Below the pieces are notes generated by a model that saw only the letters and a list, made by a program, of their open reading frames with translations, was not told the DNA's origin and searched no databases. From the human T2T-CHM13v2.0 reference genome, Homo sapiens: a stretch of 64,000 nt of DNA. Each line of letters opens with the position of its first letter. Positions within the stretch are counted from its first letter, which is position 1. Location of the stretch: assembly GCF_009914755.1 (NCBI RefSeq), contig NC_060928.1; one strand, written 5' to 3'. Positions 39,505 to 59,259 of this stretch are shown here, one piece after another. Both the position numbers and the translations under genes were made by a program.

Positions 39505-39690
39505 CTTTTCTAGGTTCTTCACATATTCTTAAGTCTACGGAAACTCCTACAAGGTAAATATAATATTCCTCAACTAGAAGACTAAGACTAGAAGATTCAG
39601 GGGCTCAGAGGTGTTATATGACTTTGCCAGGATCACATAACCAACTCGGATTACACTTTAAGTCCCTTTGACTCAAAATAGCCATTGTGT
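39505..39690 (-). mobile_element. MIR
   Basis: GGCTCAGAGGTGTTATATGACTTTGCCAGGATCACATAACCA..TGACTCAAAA. Confidence 0.7.
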
Positions 39691-40634
39691 TTATAAAATA
39701 TAATAGTTAATTTGTATTAATTTTTCAAAACAAATGTTTAAAAATTCAGCTCAAGCAACCACTATGCATGTATATTTAAGCTGTGATTATTACCTCTTAA
39801 AAATTTAAATGTCATCTAAGAATTTGGCATTGCTTAGCTATTCCAGACATTGGGACTCCAAATCCATTAACAATAAAAGAGAAATAAAAGACAAGTGAAT
39901 ATTAATGTTGTTTGTTGTATCTCTCCAGTTTAAATATTTCATGATCAGAAATCAGAATATGCTTCATTATGAAAACACTACAGTGTAATAGGAAGAAATA
40001 GAATGAGTATAATTTATTTCTCTATTTCTGATTTTATCCATTATTAATTGGGAATATTGAGTATCCATATTTAGACATATTAAAGTACCCCAAATGTAAA
40101 ATCCCACTATCTTACAGGTTGAATTATAAAGTTTATATGACATTTGTGGATGGAATTATATTATTATTGGCTTTTCATTAAAACTGTCCAATGAGTATGG
40201 AATAGAAATGAAGTAGAGGACGGACTAGCTATGAGGTAGAGTTGAAACATGATCTGCTATGAATTGTTAAAAGTTGATACTGAGAGATAGGTAAAATGGG
40301 AGAATCTTTGTTTATCTACTTTTGTAAATGCTTGAACATTTTAATAATGCAAGATATTGTGTTTAGTCCATGTGCAAGGCATCCCCATACAAATTTAATG
40401 TCTTCATTGGAGATCAATAGAAAGTTAATTTAGTGCCATAATCAGAACTTAAGTTATACACACTGATTAATGACTGGAAACTGATATTTCACCAAATCTC
40501 CTGATAGTCATATAAAAGTGAATATCAGCACTACTGTGACTATTGTCATTACCTCTTGTCATCTTTCATATTCCTTCTAGTTGTCAAATTCAAATATTGC
40601 TCCAATGCTCTAAATCCATGTAATGTGTATATAC

Positions 40635-40994
40635 TGGATTACGCCCTAGGAGCCAAAAGAGTAATCTTTAACCTATATTAAGCCAATCAAATGATTACGT
40701 TCTTGGATCCATAGTGCTAGGTTCAGAGATTAGGAGGAAGAATTGTGTGTGAATCATCAGATTCTCTTTATGTAATATATCTGAATATTGTGATAATATT
40801 AACCTGAGACTGCTGGGGGGAAAATGCAAAACTTGGTGCAATTTTGGTGACTCATTTGAGTCCTGAATAAACCCAGACCTGAAGCCACATCCACCCCTGG
40901 ACTCTTATTACATGAAACAGTAAGTTCTATTTTATGCATAAATGCTTTTGGATAAGGATTGTTTGCCTTGCAACAGAAGTAGTCCTAGCTAATA
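40635..40994 (+). mobile_element. Old MLT1 (K/L-like) LTR relic
   Basis: TTTGAGTCCTGAATAAACCCAGACCTGAAGCCACATCCACCCCTGGACT..CTTGCAACAGAAGTAGTCCTAGCTAATA. Confidence 0.7.
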
Positions 40995-43900
40995 TGTGCA
41001 CATAAAGGAAAGTACTACAAAAGAATCAGTTTTTAATTATCATGAAGTCCATAACTTAAGAAACATCAGATTTAATTGTGAGAAAACATAAAAATGAACA
41101 ATTTTAATTCAGTAATAATTTTCAGGTCCTCTGACTTAAAATTTTGTTTTTTTGTCAAGATCTATAGAGGCATATTTTTGGCTTTTACACCATACATATT
41201 AAATATTTCTATAGAAAATTAAATTTATAAAGTGGAAATTAATTCTATTTTTTTGTCCTAAGAAATCTGTACACCATTGATAAAATGAGAATATCAGGGT
41301 GGTAATGAAAAAGAAAATGCCTATCAATTTTTTTTAATAAAATGAGAAAAGAGGTTAACTTTTTGAATAATTTTTTTCTGTTTACTTAATTTTGCCTAAT
41401 GTCATTTCCATTCCCATGTGTCAGATAAATAATAATGTACACATGCTTTTTCAAAAAATGAATAAGGTTTATAGGTTTCACACAGTGTGCTTGATGGTTA
41501 TGTAGCAAGTATTTTGCAATTGATATTAAAATCTATCAAATATTACAATAGATTTTTCTTGCTAATAATATTAAGGTATTCATAGAAATCAAGAAAAATA
41601 TTTTGACAATATTTATTTGTCAGAATTAATACTGGTTTTCAAAAGTTGTAAAACTGTCTATAAAATATCTTATTTTTCTATGAATATTATTTTTACATTT
41701 CATTCAATCATATCTGAACATAAAATCCCTTGGAAGCAGAACTAATTAAAATAAAGGTTGATATAATGTTGTATTTTGATAAAACCATATACAGTGCTTA
41801 GACTCAAAATCATATTGACAATTCAAATTGATAATGGGAATTAAAATTAGTTAACTCCACTCTGGGAGAAATAATAGTACTTCAAATAATTGATTTATAA
41901 AACGTTCTTTTGAATGGCTCTTTATATGTCTATTTTAGTCAATAATTCCTATGATTCTGTATAATATGTAGAAAACATTCAATGATTTAAAGTTCAATAA
42001 AAGTTAGCTAAGTATGAGTAAGGAGACAGAGGAAATTTATATTTGTTAAATTGTTAAAATTGATACCATGTTATAACAAAACTTTAACAATTGATTTAGT
42101 ACAACAGCAATGATAATTGTTGAAAGGTTAAGTTAGTGGTTTCAAAAGGAAAAATAAACAATCTAATAAAAAGCACATTTACTTTAATGAGCGTTCAAAC
42201 TGTGATGATTGTACCTTTTCCTACTGTGTTGTTTCCACATTGTTCATTTTGAAAACTGGGATAAGTTAAATATTGTCTCTCAAGTCCATATGTATATATG
42301 TTTGAATAATCTTTATGGTGACCTTTCTGTTACTCTGATGTCATGAAATTTTTCTAAATAGACAGTTGGATATGTGTGCACATATGTATGTATGTATGTA
42401 TTTAGAGAAAATAAAAGGTTGAAAAGAAAACCTATGTTTTTTTCCTCAATCTATTCAGCTTAATTAGTCCAGAAAAGTGTTTCCTTATGAAGATCCCAGA
42501 GGTTTACAGGATTATGAAAAGGTATATACTCACGAGTAAGCCTAATTTTTGCATTCAATAATGTCTTTTATCGCATTTTGAGTATAAAGTTGAAAATCAG
42601 TACAGTTCCCTCTCTACTTACTTAAGTCTTTTAATACCTGAAATAAATGTTTAAGGAAGTTTGTGCATGTGTGTTCACATGCACACAAGTGTAACTAATT
42701 TTCATGCAATGAAACTTGATTATTTCCCCATGTAAATTCTCTGACATGAAAATTTAACCCTGTACAATTCAAGACAATTTATTTCTTTTATGTAAACAAA
42801 TGCCATGTTAATTTCTTTATCCTTCATTATTATGAAACTAAGTATTTCAGAATTATATTAATTCAGGATGTGTTTATGATAGAATATTTGGGGGCAGTAT
42901 GAATTTGAGGTTAATTTTATGGCAGTTGATTATGACACATTTTCAAGACTATTTTCCCACATTCACATAGTAGCTTTGATTTAATTAAAGGAAACTAGGA
43001 GGCATAACCAATCTAAAAACAATGAGATCAATAAAGACCGCTGGGCTTGTTTCATTTAACAAAATGGGATTTCATGTGCAATGGACCCATTAATTCATTT
43101 CCTATAGAAAATCCTCTGGTCTATTACCTTTGAAGCCTATGCAATTACTGTATTTTGCTCATATGGATAGAATACATGTAAACATATTTTAGCTACAAAT
43201 CAATGCCTTAAATGATCAGATTTTCCATATATTTTCTTACAATGTTGCAAATATATAAAACTATTTTAAACATTTTTATAAATTGTCTCCATTCTTGTCA
43301 GACTTTAACATCCCTATAAACTATTATATATTTAATAACTAAGACTAATAAATGCTAATTTATGGATTGCTCAAAACAAAAATATCATAAAATAATATTA
43401 CAAATGTAATGCAATCATCCCATTGGCTGAGAAATGAAATTCAACACAATAGCAATATAATGGGATTGAGTTGGTTTAGTATATATGGACTATGTATTGC
43501 ATAGGAAGCAGGGATTTTTGCAGTTGTACAGATATGTATAGCTTTATATATGCATTTATTTACTTTCTTTCGATCATTACTATGTGATCTTGAATAGGCT
43601 GAAATGGTGTTTCAACAGGAAAAACTGATAAACTTTGTGTAGCTAATATTCACTTCCAGCCACAGTGGCTTTGAGAGAAGTAAGATGTTTTTCAACGATG
43701 ACCAAAGCTCAGTTTTGGGTGTGTATATGTAATGTCGCTTCACTTTTACATCTGGTTGACTACTATAGTTTAACACTGAATAGACAAAATGAAACATATT
43801 TTTGGGCTACATCCAGCAGTTTTAAGGTTCTACTCTACTATATGATTGCATATTACCTGTAATCATTACATCAAACAAACGGACATTGAGAGATGTTGTC

Positions 43901-44162
43901 ATACAGCAATATAATTACTCCCTTTCAATACCTGCTCAAATGCATTCCGTAGGCTAGTACATTTGGTAAGCTTGAATGAAATCTGAGAATTATATGTTGT
44001 TTCCTTGTCGTTACTTGATAGTAAAACCACTACAATTTCTTTAGTCTCTAGAATAGTATAGTTCTGCAAAAATAGCCAACACTATATATTTTACATAATA
44101 ATGAATCTTTCTTCCTTTCCCTCATTTTGGCTTGCTTCAGTAAACTGCTTCTAAAATCTCCA

Positions 44163-44482
44163 TGTTATAGATTGTGTGTAAGACATGTCAAAGTTTTTCT
44201 CTTCCTCTGTTCCTACTATTGAATAGTCTCCTCTCAGACCCGAGGGTTAGCCATGTGAATTGCTTTGGCCAATAGGACAGTATCAGATGTTATGCACACA
44301 GAGACTTCAAAGTGTTTATACATTGAGGCTTGGTCTCTCTTGCTATTATTGGAAAACTGAGCAACTCCATGTGAACATGACAGACACAGCCTTCTGGTTG
44401 ATGAGAGATATGTATCCATGTCATCTAGATTTTCCTGGCTGTCCTAAAGCCACCTGCCAGCCATGTGGGTCTGGCCATTTTA
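44163..44482 (+). mobile_element. MLT1G-like LTR, 5' part (split by L1PA7)
   Basis: GCCATGTGAATTGCTTTGGCCAATAGGAC..CAGAGACTTCAAAGTG..CCATGTGAACA. Continues at 50905-51100. Confidence 0.75.
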
Positions 44483-44532
44483 GCTATATATAATATATAT
44501 ATTATACATATGTTATATAATATATATATATA

Positions 44533-47500
44533 ACATGTAGTTTTGTTACATAGGAATACATGTGCCATGGTGTTGCTGCACCTATCACCCCATCACCTAC
44601 ATTAGATATTTCTCCTAATGCTATCCCTCCCTTAGTCCCCCACCTTGACAGGCCCCAGTGTGTGATGTTCCCCTCCCTGTGTCCATGTGTTCTCATTGTT
44701 CAACTCCCAATTATGAGTAAGAACATGTGGTGCTTTGTTTTCTGTTCTTGTGTTAGTTTAGTGAGAATGATGGTTTCCTGCTTCATCCACGTCCCTGAAA
44801 AAGACATGAACTCATCATCTTTATGGGTGCATAGTATCCCATGGTGAATATGTGCCACATTTTCTTTATCCAATCTAACATTGATGGGCATTTGGGTTGG
44901 TTCCAAGTCTTTACTATTGTGAATAGTGACAAAATAAACTTATGTGTGCATGTGTTTTTATAGTAGATTATTTATAATCCTTTGGGTATATACTCAGTAA
45001 TGGAATTGCTGGGTCAGATGGTATTTCTAGTTCTAAATCCTTGAGGAATCAGCATGCTGTCTTCCACAATGGTTGAACTAATTTACACTCCCACCAACAG
45101 TATAAAAGTGTTCCTATTTCCTCACATCTTCTCCAGCATCTGTTGTTTCCTGACTTTTTAATGATCACCATTCTAACTGGCATGAGATGGTATCTAATTG
45201 TGGTTTTGATTTGCATTCCTCTAATGACCAGTGATGATGAGATTTTTTTCATGTTTGTTGGCTGCATAAATGTCTTCTTTTGAGAAGTGTCTGTTCATGT
45301 CCTTTGCCCACTTTTTGATGGGTTTTTTTTTTGTCAATTTGTTTAAGTTCTTTGTAGATTCTAGATATTAGCCCTTTCTCAGATAGATATATAGCAAAAA
45401 TTTTCTCCCATTCTGTAAGTTCCCTGTTCACTCTGATGATAGGTTCTTTTGCTGTGCAGGAGCTGTTTAGTTTAATTAGATCCCATTTGTCAATTTTGGC
45501 TTTTGTTGCCATTGCTTTTTGTGTTTTAGTCACGAAGTCTTTGCCCATGCCTATATCCTGAATGGTATTGCCTAGGTTTTCTTCTAGAATATTTATGGCT
45601 TTAGGTCTTACATTTAAGTTTTTAACCCATCTTGAGTTAATTTTTGTATAAGGTGTAAGAAAGGAGTCCAGTTTCAATTTTCTGCATATGGCTAGCCAGT
45701 TTTCTCCACACTGTTTATTAAATAGGGAATCTTTTCCCCATTGCTTGTTTTTATCAGATTTGTCAAAGATCAGATGGGTGTAGATGTGTGGTGTTATTTC
45801 TGAGGCCTCTGTTCTGTTACATTGGTCTATATATCTGTTTTGGTACCAGTATCATGCTGTTTTGGTTTCTGTAGCCTTGTAGTATAGTTTGAAGTCAGGT
45901 AGCATGATGCCTCTAGCTTTTTTCTTTTTGCTTAGGATTGTCTTGGCTATTCGGGCTCTTTTTTGGTTCCGTACTAAGTTTAAAGTATTTTTTTCCAATT
46001 CCATGAAGAAAGTCAATGGTAGCTTGACAGGGATAGCATTGAATCTATAAATTACTTTGGTCAGTATGGCCATTTTTACGATATTGATTCTTCCTATCCA
46101 TGAGCATGGAATTATTTTCCATTTGTTTATGTCCTCTCTTGTTTTCTTGAGGAGTGGTTTGTAGTTTTCCTTGAAGAGATCCTTCACATCCCTTGTAAGT
46201 TGTATTCCTAGGTATTTTATTCTCTTAGTAACAATTGTGAATGGCAATCCACTCACAATTTGACTCTGTTTGTCTGTTATTGGTGTATAGGGATGCATAT
46301 GATTTTTGCATATTGATTTTGCATCCTGAGACTTTGCTGAAGTTGCTTATCAGCTTAAGGAGATTTTGGGCTGAGATGATGGAGTTTTCTAAATATACTA
46401 TCATGTCATCTGCAAAAAGAGACAATCTAACTTCCTCTCTTTCCATTTGAATACCTTTTATTTTTTTCCTCTTGGCTGATTTCCCTGGTCGGAAGTTCCA
46501 ATACTGTATTGAATAGAAGTGGTGAGAGAAGGCATACTTGTCTTCTGCCAGTTTTTAAAGGGAATGCTTCCAGTTTTTGCCCATTCAGTATGATATTGGC
46601 TGTGGGTTTGTCATAAATAGTTCTTAATATTTTGAGATACGTTCCACCGAGACCTAGTTTATTGAGACTTTTTAGCATAAAGGGCTGTTGAATTTTGTTG
46701 AAGGTCTTTTCTGCATGTGTTGAAATAATCATGTGGTTTTTGTCATTTCTTCTGCCTATGTGATAGATTACGTTTATTGATTTGTGTATGTTGAACAAGC
46801 CTTGCATCCCAGGGATGAAGCCTACTTGGTCGTGGTGGATAAGCTTTTTGATGTGCTGCTGGATTCAGTTTGCCAATATTTTATTGAGGATTTTCACATC
46901 AATGTTCATCGGGAATACTGGCCTGAAATTTTTTGTTGTTGTTGTGTCTCTTCCAGGTTTTGGTATCAGGATGATGCTGGCCTCATAAAATGAGTTAGGG
47001 AGAATTCTCACTTTTTCTGTTGATTGGAATAGTTTCAGAAGGAATGGTAACAGCTCCTCCTTGTACCTCTGGTAGAATTCAGCTGTGAGTCCATCTGGTC
47101 CTGGACTTTTTTTGGTTGGTAAGCTATTAATTACTGCCTCAATTTCAGAACTTCTTATTGGTCTATTCAGGGAATCGACTTCTTTCTGATTTAGACTTGG
47201 GAGGGTGTATGCATGCAGGAATTTATTCATTTCCTGTAGATTTTCTAATTTATTTGCATAGAGGTGTTTATAGTATTCTCTGATGGTAGTTTGTATATCT
47301 GAGGGATCGGTGGTGATATCCCCTATATCTTTTTTATTGCAACTATTTGATTCTTCTCTCTTTTCTTCCTTATTTGTCTGGCTAGCTGTCTATTGATTTT
47401 GGTGATCTTTTCAAAAGACAAGCTCCTGGATTAATTGATTTTTTGAAGGGTTTTTCCTGTCTCCACCTTCTTCAGTTCTGCTCTGATCTTAGTTATTTCT

Positions 47501-50500
47501 TGTTTTCTGCTAGCTTTTGAATGTGTTTGCTGTTGCTTCTGTAGGTCTTTTACTTTTGATGTTAGGGTGTCAATTTTAGTTCTTTCCTGCTTTCTCTTAT
47601 GGGCATTTAGTGCTATAAATTTCCCTCTACACACTGCTTTAAATGTGTCCCAAAGATTCTGATACATTGTGTCATTGTTCTCATTAGTTTCAAAGAACAT
47701 CTTTATTTCTGCTTTCATTTCATTATTTACCCAGTAGTCACTCAGGAGCAGGACGATCAGTTTCTATGTAGTTATGCAATTTTGAGTGAGTTTCTTAATC
47801 CTGAGTTCTAATTTGATTACACTGTGGTCTGAGAGACTGCTTGTTGTGAATTCCATTCTTTTGCATTTCCTGAGGAGTGTTATACTTCCTATTATGTGGT
47901 CAATTTTAGAATATGTGTGATGTGGTGCTGAGAAGAATGTGTATTCTATTGATTTTGGGTGGAAAGTTCTGTAGGTGTCTATTAGGTCTGCTTGGCCCAG
48001 AGCTGAGTTCAAGTACTGAATATTCTTGTTAATTTTCTGTCTCATTGATCTGTCTAATATTGACTGTGGGGTGTTAAAGTCTCTCACTATTATTGTGTGG
48101 GAGTCTAAGTCTCTTTGTAAGTCTCTAAGAAATTGCTTTATGAATCTGGGTGCTCCTGTATTGGGTGCATATATATTTAGGATAGTTAGCTCTCCTTGTT
48201 GAATTGATGCCTTTACCATTATGTAATGTCTGCCTTTGTCTCTTTTGAACTGTGTTGGTTTAAAGTCTGTTTTAACAGAGATTAGGATTGCAACTGCTGC
48301 TTTTTTCTGCTTTCCATTTGCTTGGTAAATATTCCTCGATCCCTTTATTATGAGCCTATGTGTGTCTTTGCACATGAGATGGGTCTCTTGAATGCAGCAC
48401 ACCAATGGGTCTTGACCCTTTATCAAATTTGCCAGTCTGTGTATTTTAATTGGGGCATTTAGCCCATTTACATTTAAGGTTAATATTGTTATGTGTGAAT
48501 TTGATCTTGTCATTATGATGTTAGGTGGTTATTTTGCTCTTTAGTTCATGCAGTTTCTTCATAGCATCAATGGCTTTTCCAGTTTGGTATGTTTTTGCAG
48601 TCGCTGGTACTGGTTGTCCCTTTCCATGTTTAGTGCTTCCTTCAGGAGCTCTTGTAAGGCAGGCCTGGTGGTGACAAAATCTCTCGGCATTTGTTTGTCT
48701 GTAAAGGATTTTATTTCTCCTTCACTTATGAAGCTTAGTTAGGTTGGATATGAAATTCTGGGTTGAAAATTCTTTTCTTTAAGAATGTCAAATATTGGCC
48801 CCCACTCTCTTCTGTCTTGTAGAGTTTCTGCTTAGAGATCCATTGTTAGTCTGATGGGCTTCCCTTTGTGGGTATCCCGACCTTTCTGGCTTCCCTTAAC
48901 ATTTATTCCTTTCAACCTTGGTGAATTTGATGATTATGTGTCTTGGGGTTGCTCTTCTCAAGGAGTATCTTTGTGGTGTTCTCTGAATTTCCTGAATTTG
49001 AATGTTGGCCTGTCTTGCTAGGTTGGGGAGTTCTCCGGATATCCTGAAGAGTGTTTTCCAACTTGGTTCCATTCTCCCCATCACTTTTGGGCACACCAAT
49101 GAAATGTAGATTTGGTCTTTTCACATAGTCCCATATTTCTTGGAGGCTTTCTTTGTTTCTTTTTATTCTCTTTTCTCTAATCTTGTCATCTCACTTTATT
49201 TCATTAAGTTGCTCTTTAATCTCGATATCCTTTGTTCTGCTTGATCAATTCAGCTTTTGATACGTGTGTATGATTCATGAAGTTCTCGTGCTGCATTTTT
49301 CAGCTCCATCAGGTCATTTATGTTCTTCTCTAAACTGGTTCTTCTAGTTAGCGATTCATCTAATTTTTTTTTCAAGGTCTTAGCTTCCTTGTGATGGGTT
49401 AGAACATGCTCCTTTAGCTCGGAGGAGTTTATTATTACCCATATTCTGAAGCCTATTTCTGTCAATTCGTCAAACCTATCCTCCAATCAGTTTTGTTCCC
49501 TTGCTGGTGAGGAGTTATGATCCTTTTGAGGAGAAAAGGCTTTCTGGTTTTTAGAATTTTCAGTCTTTTTGTGCTGGCTTCTCCTCATCTTTGTGGATTT
49601 TTCTACCTTTGGTCTTTGATGTTTGTGACCATCAAATGGGGTCTCTGAGTGGACGTGCTATTTCTTTCTGTTTGTTAGTTTTCCTTCTAACAGTCAGGCT
49701 GCAGGTCTGCTGGAGTTTGTTTAAGGTCCACTCCCAACCCTCTTTGCCTGGGTATCACCAGCAGAGGCTGCAGAACAGCAAAGATTGCTCTGTTCTTTCC
49801 TCTGGAAGCTTCATCCCAGTGGGGCCCTTGGCGGATGTCAGCCAGAGCTCTCCTGTATGAGGTGTCTGTTGGCCCCTACTGGGAGATGTCTCCCAGTCAG
49901 GATACATGGGGGTCAGGGACCCACTTGAGGAGGCAGTCTGACCATTAGCAGAGCTTGAACGCTGTGCTGTTCCCTTCAGAGCCATCAGGAAGGGACATTT
50001 AAGTCTGCTGAAGCTGTGTCCACAGAAGCCCCTTCCCCCAGGTGCTCTGTCCCAGGGAGATGGGGGTTTTATCTATAAGTCCCTGACTGGGGCTGCTGAC
50101 TTTTTTTCAGAGATGCCCTGCCCAGAGAGTAGAAATCTGACAGTCTGGCCACAGAGGCCTTGTTAAGCTGTGGTGGACTCTGCCCAATTTGAACTTCCTG
50201 GCAGCTTTGTTTACACTGTGAGGGTAAAACCACCTACTCAAGCCTCAGCAATGGTGAATACTGCCCCCGCAAACCAAGCTCGAGCATCCCAGGTCGATCT
50301 CAGACTGCTACTGTGCTGGCTGCGAGAATTTCAAGACAGTGGATCTTAGTTTTCTGAGCTCTGTGGAAGTGGGACCTGCCAAACCAGACCACTTGGCTCC
50401 CTGGCTTCAGCCCCCTTTCCCAGGGAGTGAATGGTTCTGTCTCACTGGTGTTCCAGGTGCCACTGGGTAATGGAAAAACAAACAAACAAACAAACAAAAA

Positions 50501-50902
50501 CCTCCTGCAGCTAGTTCAGTGTCTGCCCAAATGGCTGCCCAATTTTGTGCTTGAAACCCAGGGCCCTGGTGGGTTAGGCACTGGAGGGAATCTCCTGGTC
50601 TGCGGATTACAAAGACTGTGAGGAAAGCATAGTATCTGGGCCAGAGTGCACAGTTCCTCAGGCTCAGTCCCTCATGGCTTCCTTTGGGTAGGGGAGAAAA
50701 TTCCCCTACCCTTGTGCTTCCTGGGTGAGATGATGCTCCACACTGCTTCGGCCCTCCCTCCATTGGCTGCAACCACTGTCCTATCAGTCCCAGTGAGATG
50801 AAGCTTGTACCTCAGTTGGAAATGCAGAAATCCCCCATCTTCTGCATCAATTTCGCTGGGAGCTGCAGACTGTAGCTGTTCCTATTTGCCCATTTTGCCA
50901 GC
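44533..50902 (-). mobile_element. L1PA7-like LINE-1, near full length (~6.4 kb), ORFs disrupted
   Basis: Long 5'UTR (49589-50902), ORF1 (start 49588), ORF2 (48513-44700) seen as multiple frameshifted ORFs in the track, and a PA7-type 3'UTR. The extreme 3' end is replaced by a TA-rich tract. Confidence 0.93.
47764..48513 (-). pseudogene. L1 ORF2 endonuclease domain, uninterrupted 249-codon frame
   Basis: Track ORF with TLNVNGLN, IQETH, NIYAPN, DFN, SKIDH and SDH motifs, then a premature stop. Confidence 0.85.
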
Positions 50903-50904
50903 AA

Positions 50905-51100
50905 TTATGATCCTAGCTTGTTAATTGTCAGCTGAGCTGCCAGATGAGCCAAGCCAACTGAATGACAAGGAAGTCCTTCATGAGGTTCACATGAGGAGAA
51001 CCAACAAATCAATCCTCTAAATCATATGAAGTAAATATTTATTACTTTAACTCATTAAGTTTTGGGGTGGTTTGTTACACAGCAGAAACTTACTGATACA
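50905..51100 (+). mobile_element. MLT1G-like LTR, 3' part
   Basis: Ends TTAAGTTTTGGGGTGGTTTGTTACACAGCAGAAACTTACTGATACA, the canonical MLT1 3' terminus. Confidence 0.8.
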
Positions 51101-51334
51101 CTACAGAACTAAAGTTGTACTCAGAGATACAAAGATAAAAAAAAACAAAATCTCTTACGTTGGCAGTTGTTGATAGCTTATCATTTCTCTCCTGCTTGCA
51201 TGAGTAAGTTATATGACTGATTAGCCTACTACAACTCTTTTGCTATTGGACAATGCTTCTGCTTGCACTGACTGTTTAAACCTCCACCTTATTCCCATCT
51301 TCTTACTTTTTCTGCTTTTGAAAAAACATATCAT

Positions 51335-56640
<5,306 letters not shown>

Positions 56641-59259
56641 ATCATATATCACCTTCAGCCTTCTTGACCAGGATCATTTCTCAAAATTCGTAAGTCATTA
56701 GTCCAAATGTGGATTTCAAGACAAGACCCTGAAAGTCATACACCTTTGACCAAGTGCATGGAAGAGTGCAATTACTTTCCAAGCACTATCAAGGTCAGGC
56801 AAACTCAAATCATTTTAACCTATGTGTCCCTTGGAGGATCTTTTTACAATTGACAGTTAAAAATGAATTCAATGTATTGCAAAATTATAGAGAATGAGTA
56901 TAACCTCTCCAAATATTTCTTTAATGTCCTTTGTCTTAGAATTAAGGTCAGGAAAAATAACTATGACCCTCAAGATGCAGAATGGGATCTCGAGCACAGT
57001 GAAAACCATCACCATAAATCTTACCTAGACTTTTACAAATGCCTTCTCTGTTTTCAATCAAATTTTACCATTAATATGAGGGTAAGAGCTTCCAAATCGG
57101 ATTTTGAACATGTCTTTTCCCCATCCTGCTTAAGTATTCTACCATCTCAATTATCATGTATTATCACAGAGTCTAAAACCTGCGTACCATGTTTTAAAAT
57201 TTTGCTATATCCTGAAAGTATTTTCTACTAATTGGGAAAAGCTCATCTATTATGGTGTAAACATGTGCCAATCATCATCCTCAAATCCAAATACTATATT
57301 GAAAAAAATGCATGTAATTATCAGGGTCTGATGAATGGTATACAAATATCATTTTAAGCTTTCCCATGTGTCTCATTATAACTCTTTTGGGAAACTTGAC
57401 ATGATTTAATGCAAAAAAACAACTATTGTATTTACAAATTAATGAACATCAGTTTATATTTGAGATATTGAATTGTAACCATAAATAAGTGCACTTACCA
57501 GGTTTTACAGCATCACCCAGGAAATGTAATGACCTTATTCAAAATAATGTTATGAGGTCAGAAAAACCTAGGCCCTGAGTCCAAGAAAGCTGATGCTGCA
57601 TTCTTTCTCTATCAATCATTAACTCTGTTACCTTAACTGTTGCTTTTTCCCATTTTTAACATTCTCAACTGTATAATGTCATAAATATATTGTATATGGA
57701 CATATCATTAAGATTAAAAATAACACAAATTTTAATTTTAAATACAATTTGTATTTAATATTTTAAACACAATTTTAAATAAAATTGCATGTAAAGTACA
57801 ATTTTTTCTAATGTCTGTTACCAGAAAGTAAAATATAGGATGTGATTAATATAGCTTCCCAGCTCAAACCTAGAAGCTGTTTTCCCGAAGCTGTACAAAA
57901 TTCCCTACTGCTATCATTGCTCTACCACATAGTTCCTCCAGAGTGGAATGTACATCCTAACTATAGAGCCCACAGAGTAAACTCTCCTGAAGATTCTAAC
58001 AGCAGGCTTTTGAATACCAGAAGCTGGTGAATTGACAGAAACACACCTGCCCCAAGAACTTCATATCAAAGCCATAATCTTAGCATCATCATTATACTAC
58101 AACAAACCTATAACAGCTGCATGTGAGAAGTAAGCCATAAAACTCCCATCAGGATTAAATAACTCACTGAGCTCTTTGCCATTTTACTGCCAATCTCCAT
58201 ATTATAGCATGTATCAACCACATCAGATGTTCATCATGAGACACTTTCTGAAACCACTATTTGGCAGATGTACTTCAAGAAACATCGGAGTCTCACTTCA
58301 AAATGCTTGAACAATTTTCAATTGTTTTGATAAAATAATGACTATGAAAGTTGGTATTTTAAGTAAACTGAATTGGGAACAATATAGATAAAATTTTGTG
58401 AGTTCTTTGATTTTAAGAGTCAGGTGTAAATGATCTTGTTTAGCGAGTGATTACAGCTGTTAGTGTGGAAATGTGCTTCTGGCTAAATGGATTTGTTTAT
58501 TAACTCTTATTTGTTTAAAGGAGCCCAGGTGCTCCAGGAATACATGACAAAATATGTTTCAGATGAATAAATACATGAATTCTAATGCAACAAGCTGCAT
58601 ACACTAGAGATAATTAAATTTAAACCAGGAAATGTGTTATAGCGAGTAAATCATTGCAGACACAGCACTTAATTCATGAGACAAATGGTGTGGTCAATGG
58701 AATCTAACAGTGCAGGAAGCTGCCCGTAACAACAGGAAAACAGTTTCCCTGCCATATACCCACATAGGTGTTGAGCCAGCCAAATAAAAAGGCTTTAAGG
58801 AACTTCTGCCTTGAGTGAAATTTAAGTTGAAAACATAGATGGATGATATTTTGATGGCAACCTCATTTGAATTGCAACCTAATAAAATTGATGGTTATAC
58901 AAGGGACAGTTATCAAGAATGAATGTTTTAGACAGACCTGGGTTTGTTGCTATATACTGAATTGTGATGGTACTTTGTTATATATCATCTAGTCATTGTT
59001 AAGCTAAGAAGATTCTTGGACCGAAACAACTTTATTAAATAATAATGATTAATGACGTGCATGTGAAAAATATTAAAATATAAATAATATTTAGATGTGA
59101 GCTTTTAAAAGAACAATGCTTATTTTAAAATAAGTGAATAAAGCATTGCATCACTGTTGGTAACATACATTAAAAAACTTGTATTTCGGGGTTTCTTTTT
59201 TAATCAGCTCTGAAATGAAAAGAGTGTGGACATCATTAATCCTATTCTTACAACGGGAA

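Noticed and set aside
57738-57758. Perfect 21-bp AT-rich palindrome TTAAATACAA-T-TTGTATTTAA
   Set aside because: Lies in low-complexity AT-rich sequence, with no supporting context for function.
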